DNA of 64,000 bases from Bugula neritina. Lineage: Eukaryota > Animalia > Bryozoa. Under the pieces are notes generated by a model. It was not told the origin of the DNA. It was given only the letters and a program-made list of their open reading frames with translations, and ran no database searches. Below, one piece after another: positions 25,986-36,857 of this stretch. The translations under genes were made by a program, and so were the position numbers. How positions within the stretch are numbered: position 1 is the first letter of the stretch; each line of letters starts with the position of its first letter. The stretch lies in the NCBI GenBank assembly GCA_964035545.1, contig OZ037769.1, positions 15,592,633-15,656,632 on the forward strand, written 5' to 3'.

Positions 25986-26315
25986 TGTAGCATTGAATTA
26001 ACCCAGCAGCTCCTGTGGTGTAATTGGTTAGTGCGCTTGCTTGCTTGCAAGCTGGAGGTCTGCGGTTCGAACCCGGTGAGGGCAATTATTTTTTAAACTA
26101 ATTCAGCCTTTAGTGAAGTGTGGTAGTATTCCGAGGGAGTTGAGTGGCCAGGGGAGCCTGAATACTGAAGGAGTAGTAGATAAGCCAGTGGAGTTTAGAG
26201 AACTGGGTGGGATGTAGCGTTGGGTTTACTCAGTAGCCTTCGTGGTGTAATGGTAGCACACTTGCTTGCAAGCCAGAGGACTCAGGTTCGAATCCTAGTG
26301 GGGGAAATTATTTTT
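25986..26315 (+). mobile_element. Dimeric tRNA-derived (SINE-like) element, copy 2
   Basis: Near-identical to 21491-21820; part of the tandem duplication unit. Confidence 0.7.
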
Positions 26316-26482
26316 CAGGAACTACCAGAAGCAATTCTCAGTTTGACTAAATTTTACTGGTAAACAATAGAGCATAATATATATACACAGCTCTCACACT
26401 AGTCAGTGGGAATGATATGCACCTATAATATTATTATCTATTAGTTTAATATTGTTATGTATATTGTAGACCAGAAAATGAT

Positions 26483-26617
26483 TTAACATTTTATTTTTTG
26501 GCACAATTCCATCTTTAGCTTGTAGATACTCAGGTCAAACTCGTTAGAATTAGAAATAACTGCGGCATAGCTTAGTGCTGCGATGGAAAGTAATGTGAAG
26601 AATAACAAGGTTCTCAT
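26483..26617 (-). pseudogene. Truncated copy or mini-gene 2 (44 aa)
   Basis: Same ORF as 21985-22119. Confidence 0.75.
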
Positions 26618-27771
26618 GCTATAGCTGTACTAAAATGAGGTGCTTTCTCTCTACAGTCTGACTTACAGAAGTAATGATAGTAGAGGAGATGTTTTTATAT
26701 GACCTTCACGTCTGCTAGTTCCCAGCTCTTATTACTACGCATGATGCAATGTCATTTCTATAAATGTAATAATTCTTTTGTTTATATATAAATATTGTAC
26801 CGTGGCATTTATAATGATCAAACAGCATCTATTCTCAAAACTGCTCCAGTATTTTTATTATATTGACCTTAACAGTCAATGTCAATGGGAATAAGTTTTA
26901 TATGATACTAGAAACTATACACAGTATTTTATTAACTCGATAATGCCCATCAGTCAATCATGGTTACATGATGGTATGGCGTCAGGATATGACATCAGCA
27001 TCAGAGTTGATGGTCGAGTTTAAAATTGGATTGCTGAGATAACTCCTTAAGAGATACTAGCTCAACCTATACAATAATATGTTTATTGTGTATTAGTTTA
27101 ATAATGGTATGCATATGATTATACATATAACAGGCACACAGGTATGGTACATGTATATCATATATTGTTTTCTATGAGTTCACCTTCTAATTTGACTATA
27201 GGTTGTTATTACTGAACACTGCTTACTCAAACCTTGTATGTGAACCACAGGTGCTATGACCTCAAAGTTTTATATTCTTATATTTTTTGCTTTTCATCAA
27301 TTATTCAAAATAAAAAACTATTTGATTTAAATTTAATGATTTGAATTTGTAATGTACTTGGGTGAAGTAATTGCACGTTCTTCTAAAGTTTCAAGTATTT
27401 ATCAAATGCCTATTCACTTTAGTGAGAGCATGTAAAAAAAGGATGCAATTGAAAGTTATATTTACGCACGCATGCAGGTTTGCACATGCACACACACTCT
27501 CTCTCCCACCCAACTTATCTGTTCATAGTGAACTATAACTTTTGTACTGTAGTGAGTAGATTAAGCTATTAGATTGACTGTGACTGTTATAAGCTCATTG
27601 CTATGCTTCACTTTAGTATCAACTGCCAATATATAATTGTTCAAAGTGAGACATGAAATAGACAGCTATTTGGCTATCAAATGCAAATCACAGTTTATTT
27701 AGAAAACTTATATGATTACATTATGTATTTCACTGTGTATTTATGTTGTTGTTATACATAAAAATACTCAG

Positions 27772-28593
27772 TTAATTCATTCCACAAAAAGCTCCTTGAC
27801 AAACGTGGTTATGAGGATTGAGAACTCTGTAGATGAGGTCATGGCTGGTATCTGAGCATCTCAACACTTCCATAGGCCAGACTTCAGATTTACATGCATC
27901 TACATTAGCACCATACCCATCAATATTAACTTTTACACCAACAGCTGTAGGCATGATGCCATCTGTCCAAAGTGGTACATACGTTCCACAGCTTTTATGT
28001 TTAGGACAGGAGTTGAGCATTCTGTTCCCAGCAGCACCAGTAAACCTGAACCAGCGGGTGTCTTGGTTGAGGTCACATGCATATCCATTCAAAGAGTTGG
28101 CACCACCTGCTTTGTAGTTGTTTCCATTGTGTTCCATTCTCCAGGATTCTGTGAAGTTTGTTGCAGTCAAACATTCAGCTGGCTGAGGTGGTTTGATTGG
28201 TGTTGTGGTTGTTGTAGTGGTTGTAGTTGTTGTGGTTTGTGGAGCGGGTGTAATTGTTGTGGCAGTTGTGTTTGGTATCGTGGTTGTAATTGGTATGGTG
28301 GTGATGTTGAACGCGTTGGTTGTTGTCTTTGAACCAAGACGTCTGCAGCTGATGAGATCTGCATACATCTGAGAATATACAATCCTATCTGCTTTCAGTT
28401 CATCTTCTGAGTTCAGTTGACGAGTATTTCTCTGATAGTGACTGTACATCGGACATTCGGCAGCCAAAATATTTCTTAGCACTTCAATCTTTAGCTTGTA
28501 GTAGTTCAGGTCCAACTTGTTAGAATCAGAAATAACTGCGGCATAGCTAAGTACTGCGATGGAAAGTAATGCTAAAAGTAGCAAAGCTCTCAT
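27772..28593 (-). CDS. Secreted D8C-domain mucin-like protein, copy 4 (273 aa)
   Basis: Intact paralogous ORF; C-terminal domain almost identical to copy 3. Confidence 0.9.
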   Translation of the reverse strand: MRALLLLALLSIAVLSYAAVISDSNKLDLNYYKLKIEVLRNILAAECPMYSHYQRNTRQLNSEDELKADRIVYSQMYADLISCRRLGSKTTTNAFNITTIPITTTIPNTTATTITPAPQTTTTTTTTTTTTPIKPPQPAECLTATNFTESWRMEHNGNNYKAGGANSLNGYACDLNQDTRWFRFTGAAGNRMLNSCPKHKSCGTYVPLWTDGIMPTAVGVKVNIDGYGANVDACKSEVWPMEVLRCSDTSHDLIYRVLNPHNHVCQGAFCGMN

Positions 28594-29480
28594 GCTATAG
28601 CTGTACTAAAATGAGGTGCTTTCTCTCTACAGTCTGAATTACAGAAACTATATTAGCTCAAAGATAGTAAAAGAGATGTCTTTATATGTCCTTCACATCT
28701 GCAAGTTCCCAGCTTCTATTACTACGCATACTATTTTGTTATTTTTACCAAAGCGCAAACTAGTGCATGTTAAAAAAACTCACGCAAGTTTATAGTCACT
28801 ATCCCTGTGAAAAAACCTGGATGGAAAGGCTTTTTTTTATTAAATCAGGCTAAGGACTTATTCAGATGGGGCACAGGAGTAATAATGACTGGATGCTCTC
28901 CCTATAAACATCACTAATGGCCTTTGTTGGCTCGAATCCATGACTAAGAGAGAGTAATTAGAGAGTAATACTATACTGTTATAATACATAGAAGTAATTC
29001 ATGGTAACATTCCAATGACATTCTGTAGGTTTTGTTGCCATGTGTGGACCAATGCTTGCGCTATGTGTTTTGAGGCATAATAAGCACTAAAGAATGGGCG
29101 TGGCATTTATTTTATTGACTCTATAAAGGTTAAAGGTTAATGCATGTTGACCATAAGTTAAAGTCAACACCAGAAGTAGCTGTAGCTATGGCTTGGTGCT
29201 AAATTTTTGTTTTGTAAAATTTCGGCTTGAGTACAGGAGAGCTACTAAGGGTGATAACTTGGGCTGAATTAGCTTTAAGACCAGTGTCATATTTCAAAAG
29301 AATATTTATGTGGGGACTTGATGAGTTATTTATTTTTCCATAAATTAATTTAAGGTTCAGATATTCAAAAGAATGAAAATTATTGTGTGCTTTCCACCTA
29401 TTACATAAAGGTATTATATGCAGTTATTTTCGTTCTTTTCCTGCACAACTTACTTACTATTAGTTTGTTATAATTTTGTA

Positions 29481-29529
29481 ATATATATATATATATATAG
29501 TGTATATATATAGTGTATATATATAGTGT

Positions 29530-29609
<80 letters not shown>
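29481..29609. repeat. (TA)n microsatellite
   Basis: Direct observation; absent from the paralogous positions in the two preceding units. Confidence 0.95.
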
Positions 29610-30550
29610 CAAAGTTTTGCATCAAATTAAAAGAACTTATACTAGGTGTATAATATTACAATGATATGGTGTAGTCATTATTCCAATTATATATTATATA
29701 ACTGCCTGTCGAATGTCTAATATTAATATTGTGGTGTGTAGAAAAGGTTCTCTCGAATAAATTATATAATATAGCTGTATCCAAGCATTGCTGACTCTCT
29801 AGCAAAACGGTTTCCTGTTGCTGCTATCAGCCAACACTTTCTGATTGGCTTATTTGGCAGCAATATTTGTCACCATCCCTATAGTATATTATGTTATTTG
29901 TTGCTTTCTTATAGGTTTCTACTAGAAAGTATCATAGTATAGTAATAATATATAACTGTGTAAAAAGCCAAGTTTTATAAAGGCTGGTATAGAATGTTAA
30001 AAAAATCATTTGTTTTAAGCGATGCTATATACGGGCCTGCTATAAACGTTATGGTACCTTCAAGGCTAATGCAATTATCTCTATTGACGTAAACATATGC
30101 TGCATCTTCAACTTCCCAAGATATGGCCTGTTTCCTTGAGGCTCTTTACGTCATTCTATGTGTAATCTCACCATGCGAAGTAACACACAGCCACTTATTG
30201 CAGGCCTAAAAGTTACTTTCATTATCTGGTTTTTGCATATTTTCCAAAACTTTACAATCTTGAAGATTTTCAACACAATATTTACTAATAGTGACTAGAA
30301 GGAGCACATTTATGGGACTTTTGTAAACCTCAAGTAAAAATATATGATGCATTTTGAACGTCTGCAGGTTCCTAGTGAATACCTAGCAGGCTAACCAGTT
30401 GAATATATTGTGAAACAGGATTTTACATCAACATAATGAAGTTCCACTTTACAAACAAAATTTATTCCTGGCTTCAAGCGTTTTTCTACTGCGTAAAACC
30501 AAACTTTGTAGTTGAATCAGTTTTTATGTGAAATAAAATTCTAATCGAAC

Positions 30551-30884
30551 TGTAGCATTGAGTTAATCCAGCAGCCCCTGTGGTGTATTTGGTTAGTGCG
30601 CCTGCTTGCAAGCTGGAGGTCTGTGGTTCGAATCCCGGTGGGGGCAATTATTATTTAAGCTATTTCAGCCTTTAGTGAAGTTTAGTATAGTAGTACTCCG
30701 AGGGAGTTGAGTGGCCAGGGGAGCCTGATGGCTGAAGGAGTAGTTGATAGGCCAGTGGATTTCAGAGAACTAGGTGGGATGTAGTGTTGAATTTACCCAG
30801 TGGCCTCCGTGGTGTATTTGGTTAGTGCGCTTGCTTGCAAGCCGGAGGTCTGTGGTTCGAATCCTGGTGGAGGCAATTATTTTT
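30551..30884 (+). mobile_element. Dimeric tRNA-derived (SINE-like) element, copy 3
   Basis: Units ~30574-30646 and ~30803-30876; the second has a full acceptor stem GCCTCCG/TGGAGGC. Confidence 0.7.
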
Positions 30885-31064
30885 CAGGAACTACCAGAAG
30901 CAATTCTCAGTTTGACTAACTATTAAGCTAGTAAATAATAGAGCATATATATATTTATATATATATATATAATTTATATATAATTATATAGATGATTTGC
31001 ACCTATATAATATTATTATCTATTAGTTTAATGTTATGTATATAATTGTAGACCAGGAGATGAT

Positions 31065-31202
31065 TTAACATATTATTGTTTCTTGGCACAATTCAATCTT
31101 TACCTTGTGGATGTTCAGGCTCAACTCATTAGAATCAGAAATAACTGCGGCATAGTTTAGTGCTGCGATGGAAAGTAATGTGAAGAATAACAAGGTTCTC
31201 AT
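31065..31202 (-). pseudogene. Truncated copy or mini-gene 3 (45 aa, ends KVKIELCQETIIC)
   Basis: Diverged copy of the mini-ORF with an in-frame 3-nt indel and the same terminal TGT TAA. Confidence 0.7.
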
Positions 31203-33411
31203 GCTATAAGCAGTACTAAAATGTGGGGCTTTCTCTCTACAGTCTGACTTACAGAAGTAAAGATAGTAAAGGAAATGTCTTTATACGACCTTCTCATCTG
31301 CTAGTTCCCAGCTCCTATGGTACAATCATATGAGTCATGGTAATAGACATGATAGATTGTGCAAAAATACAAGCTTTAAAACTAGGGCACAGACTTTTTA
31401 TGTCGTATTTCAGAAGAATATTTATATTAGGAAAATGTGATACATTTTGTGCTTTTCTTTTACGAAAAACAGGTACATGCAGATATTTTTGTTAGTATCC
31501 TGCAAACCTATTTGCTATATCAACATGCAGTTTATAATAGTTAAACGCAAGTATTTGTCACTTTTCATAATTATAACTATTGATTCACAGTTTTGCATTA
31601 AGTATTAAGTTATTAGAACTAACTACTAGTATAATATTGCGCATGCAATGATATGGTGTAGTGAATATTTCAGTCATATATTATATTACTGCCTGTTGGA
31701 TGTCCAATATTAATGTTGGGGTAAAAAAGTTTTTTCAAATAAATTATGTGATAAAATTGCATGCGAATATAACTGATATTTTGGGCACAGTTGAGCAAAG
31801 TATAGTGTCAGGTAGCTAGTGTCGCAGTAAATATCCTTTGATTAGTTGTGGTCACAAAATTTGTCACTTTTTCAATATACTATATACATATTGTGTGAAA
31901 ATGTTAAAAAATGATTGCTTTTATGGCTTTACTTAAGACACATGCACCAGAAAGTATATGCGTGATAAAGAAACTGTGTAATATATATAGCTAAGCTTTA
32001 TGTAGTCTGGGAATACATTGAAAAGGGAAGCATATACTACAGCCTTGCTAATGTTTTGATGCCTTCAAAGTTAATACAATTATCATCTATTGACGTATTT
32101 ATATACTGCACACATGTGCAACTTCCCAAGATATGGCCTGCTTCCACAAGCTGCCTACGTCATTATATGTGTAATCTTACCATGTGAGGTAACACACTGC
32201 ATGCTACTTATTGTAGGCCTAAAAATTACTTTCATCATTTGGTTTTTTCATATTTTCCAAATGCTTCATAATCTTGAAAACTTTCAACACAATATTTACT
32301 AAGTGATTAGAGGGCGGGTTACATTTATGGAACTTCTTTTGCAAACGTCTGCAATTTCCTAGTGAACCCCATAAAAGCTCAATATACTCATATTAGGAAA
32401 CAGGATAATGCATCAGAATAATGGAGTCCAGTTTTACAAACAAAATGCATTCTGAGCTTCAACAGTTTTTTTACTTTAAAGACGTTTTTTAAAGAGAAGT
32501 TATAGTTGCATTTGATATACACTTGATTTATAACTTTTAAAAAGTGAATTCAATACCCATAAATTTAAGATAGGAAATAAAATGATACACTAGCGCGCTG
32601 TAATTGACTGCTGGAAATACTCACAGAAAGTGCAAACAACTGTAGCTAAACCCCACAACTGAAAACAAAAGGAGTAACTGTAATTGGCGGCTAGATATAT
32701 GAAATCTAATGTTTGATGTCAGGATATGACATCAGCATCAGAGTTGATGGACGAATTAAATATTAGATTGTGAAGATAACTCCTTATTGTGGTGGAAATG
32801 ATCTGTTAGCTCAAACGATACAATTATATGTTTATTGTGTATTAGTTTAATAATGGTATGCATATGATTATATGTATAACAGCTAGGCACACAGTTATGG
32901 TATATGGTTCACCTTTTAATTTGACTAAAGGTTGTTGTTATTGAACACTGCTTACTCAAACCTTGGAGCAATGTATGTGAACCACAGGTGCTATGACCTC
33001 AAAGTTTGGTGTTCTTATATTTTTTGCTTTTCGTTAATTATTCAAAATTAAGGACTAGTTGATTCAAATTTGATGATTTGAATTTGAAATGTACTTGATT
33101 GATGCAATTGTATGCTTTTCTGAAGTTTCAAGTATTTATCAAATGCAATGAAATTTTTGAGGGCATGTAAAAAAATGATGCAATTGAAAGTTCTTTATCC
33201 AAACTCTCTCTCCTCCACCTCTCTCTCCCCGCTCTATTTATCTCTCTTATTCTCCTTTTTTTCTCAATGTTTTGATGCACCTTTAAAGAGTTATATTGAT
33301 TACCAAAAATATTTTACTGTACGTTTATTTATTTAGATGAATATAAATATTCAACAATGATCTGTTAGAAGTGGTAAGTGAAAAATATTTGTCAACTGAT
33401 AAAACTGATCA

Positions 33412-34245
33412 TCAATTCATTCCGCAAAAGGCTCCTTGACACCGGCCGCCATATGGCTTGAGAACTTTGTAGATGACGTCATGGTTAATATCTGAACATC
33501 TCAGCACTTGCATAGGCCACGTTTCGGCCTTACATTTATTCTGGTTAGTATATTTACCTACAGCATAAGCGTTAATATTAGTTTTTACACCAACAGTTGT
33601 AGGCACGATGGCGTCTGTCCAAAATGGTGCATACGTTCCACAACTTTGAATTTTAGGACAGGAGTTAAGCATTCGGTTCCCAGCAGCCCCGGTAAATCTG
33701 AACCAGCCGGTGTCTTGGTTGAGGTCACATGCGTATCCATTCAGAGAGTTGGCACCACCTGCTTTGTAGTTACCTCCATTGTGTTCCATTCTCCAGGATT
33801 CTGTGAAGTTTATTGCAGTTAAACATTCAGCTGGCTGAGGTGGTTTGATTGGTGTTGTAGTTGGTGTGGCGGTTGTAGTTGGTGTGGTTTGTGGAGCGGG
33901 TGTAATTGTTGTGACGGTTGTGGTTGGTATAGTGGTTGTAATTGGTACGGTGGTGATGTTGAACGCGTTGGTTGTTGTCTTTAAACCAAGACGTCTGCAG
34001 CTGATGAGATCTGCATACATCTGAGAGTATACAATCCTATCTGCTTTCAGTTCATCTTCTGAGTTCAGCTGACGAGTATTTCTCTGATAGTGACTGTACA
34101 TCGGACATTCGGCAGCCAAAATATTTCTTAGCACTTCAATCTTTAGCTTGTAGATACTCAGGTCCAACTCGCTAGAATTGGAAATAACTGCGGCATAGCT
34201 TAGTGCTGCGATGGAAAGTAATGCGAAGAATAACAAGGCTCTCAT
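33412..34245 (-). CDS. Secreted D8C-domain mucin-like protein, copy 5 (277 aa)
   Basis: Intact paralogous ORF with the most divergent C-terminal domain. Confidence 0.9.
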   Translation of the reverse strand: MRALLFFALLSIAALSYAAVISNSSELDLSIYKLKIEVLRNILAAECPMYSHYQRNTRQLNSEDELKADRIVYSQMYADLISCRRLGLKTTTNAFNITTVPITTTIPTTTVTTITPAPQTTPTTTATPTTTPIKPPQPAECLTAINFTESWRMEHNGGNYKAGGANSLNGYACDLNQDTGWFRFTGAAGNRMLNSCPKIQSCGTYAPFWTDAIVPTTVGVKTNINAYAVGKYTNQNKCKAETWPMQVLRCSDINHDVIYKVLKPYGGRCQGAFCGMN

Positions 34246-35445
34246 GCTAGCTGTACTGAAATGAGGTGCTTTCTCTCTACAGTCTGAATTACAGAAGTAA
34301 AGATAGTAGAGGAGATGTCTTTATATGACCTTCACATCTGCTAGCTCTCAGCTCCTATTACTGCGCATGATGCGATGTCATTTCTATGAACTCAATAATT
34401 CTTTTGTTTATATATAAATATTGTATCGTAACATTTATAATGATCAAAACTGCTCAAGTATTTTCATCATATTCACCAACAGTCAATGTCAATGGGAATA
34501 AGTTTTATTTGATACTAGAAACTATACACAATATTTTATTAACTCTAAAATGTCCATCTGTTAATCAAAGTTACGTGATGGTATGATGTCACAGGATATG
34601 ACATCAGCATCAGAGTTGGTGACTAAATTGTGCAGATAACTCCTCAATGAGATGCTAGCTCAAGTTAAACAATTATATATGTTTATTGTTTATTAGTTTA
34701 TTGATGGTATGCATAGGATTACATAATTAGTAAACTTCAACACAAAATAATTTTTTTTATTTATAACCCATGCTCTAATTTGACTTAATTTTGTTTAATA
34801 GTTACTGTTATTGAACACTGACACGATGTGTAGGCTCACAATATATGTGACCTGGCTATAATATGAAATCATTTTAGCTTTTTATATTTACCAAATTGAA
34901 ATAATTATTACAAAGTTATTATAAGAGATAAACATAATGGAAAGCTTTTGTTGCAATAAAGTTGAACAACTTCGTAGTTGTTTTGTCTCAAAAACCAACA
35001 CCTAGATAAAAAATAATTCAGTTTTTACGGCGAATGCAAGAAACAATATAAGCAAGTAAAAATTAGAACACTGTAGAAAAGTTTATTTTGTGCATCATGT
35101 GGTAAGAAAAAAAGTCGTAATAAACAGAATTCATTCACAAAAATTACAAAATATGAACACTCATGATTAACTGTTATACACTTCATAGCACTAAGTATAA
35201 GTGTAACACTGCTGCATGATGATATAGTTATAGCATTTGAACACAAATCTGATACATATAAAATTACAAATGTTTCAATATTATGTTTCATGAATATTAT
35301 GCTACTTAAAAATTATAACCTATAAAAATAAATTTCAATAAATCATACTCAATGCACCATAGAGAATTTTTATGTAGCTCACACGCAAGCCTCTGAAAGA
35401 TAAAGTTGTTCTGCTGCATGGTAAGAGTTGTGTTTGCATTGACCT

Positions 35446-36800
35446 CTACTCAATCTCACCATAATCACCCTCAGCATTCTCTGTGTTTGCTGGTGGCTCT
35501 ATTTCATAATATTCTCCTTCCTCCATCTCATGGCAGTTTCCTTCATTGAAACTATCTGCTTTCACTTCCGTATCTGTTACCGGGCCAACATGGTAAATAA
35601 GGTTATCAGAAGGTCTTGTCACGGTTTCCTCAGGCTTTTCATTATTCTCTACCATATGGTATACTCCTTCCTTTCCAGTAGTTTCTGCTTCTGCTTCAGG
35701 AGCGTCTGCCAAATAGTAGACACTGTCTTCTGCTAGTCTTGGTTCCTCCCTTTCTCTTTCTGGTGATTCTAGAGTGTGGTAATCTCCCTCCCCGTTAGTA
35801 TACGTTGGAGCTCTACTATCTTCTTCCTCAGGATCAGCTAGGCTGTACTGAACAGCTTCTTCTTGATTGTATCCAGCACCATGGTAGTCACCATCTCTGG
35901 TCTCCTCTTCTTCCAGATGGTAGATAGTGTTCTCAGCATTCAAATAAGGCTCAGTACAGGGTATAACTGAATATTCATCTTCTGCCATAAGGTTTCCAGT
36001 TCTCTCTCCTTTTACTTCTGGTTCCATGGAAGGATTCACATAAGAGTACACTGCAGCACTCCTTGATGTCTTCGGGGTATTGATGCAGTCATAGTCATTC
36101 TCCTCATTGGCTGACGATGAGCTGACGCAAAGCTCATAAGATGAAGCAAATTTTTTGTCGTCTGAAAAATGAAAATATCATTTCATAAAGTTGGTAAGAA
36201 AATGGCTTTTGTAAATTTTAAATTACTTTGCACTATGAATGTAGAAATATCTAGTTTTAGATTTCTCAAAGGACAATTAAAAATTAAAAAATGTTCAATT
36301 CTAGAATAATAAATAACAAAAAAATAAACTTTTAGGCTCAGCAGATATGAATCTGATAAGTTATTATATAGTGAAAATTTAGTGTATAAATGTGGTGCTA
36401 CTCGGGTTCATATTCAGTCCAATCTGCTTAAGTATTTAAAGTTAGTTTACAAATCAGTATAGCATTAGCATTAAACAACCCTAAGTGGATGTAACTAACT
36501 GTCTTATCATTCAATTTTTTACAATATTTTAAATTACTATAATAATGTAGCCATCGTAGGTTAATTTTATGTCCATCACAATTCAATCTGTATTGATATA
36601 AGTTACAAAACCTTAATACCAGGTTTTAGCTAGTACATCTTCAAACACTTGTGCTTTGTAGGAGATTGGTCAGTTCAAAAATAATTTCAGAAGTCAAACT
36701 TCAACAGTAAATGTTTAGAGCATCTACAGTAGCTGAGCATTACACAACAGAATATAGATTGAGAGTATAAGTATACTATAATAGAGGGTCCATTAAATGT

Positions 36801-36857
<57 letters not shown>

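Larger units (their letters stand above)
18000..34850. repeat. Tandem segmental duplication, unit ~4.5-5.6 kb (full gene + spacer + tRNA-like dimer + mini-gene + receptor-1 3'UTR-like block)
   Basis: Long near-identical intergenic blocks, e.g. 20117-22800 vs 24650-27290 vs 29160-31320. Start codons fall at 19218, 24091, 28593 and 34245. Confidence 0.9.

Noticed and set aside
21514-30876. Six tRNA-like sequences as functional tRNA genes
   Set aside because: Anticodon stems and loops are malformed, T-arms mispair and copies differ by indels; treated as SINE-like.
14167-33822. Plus-strand Val/Gly- and Cys/Gly/Trp-rich ORFs overlapping the secreted genes (metallothionein- or keratin-associated-like appearance)
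   Set aside because: They are antisense shadows of the ACN-rich Thr tracts.
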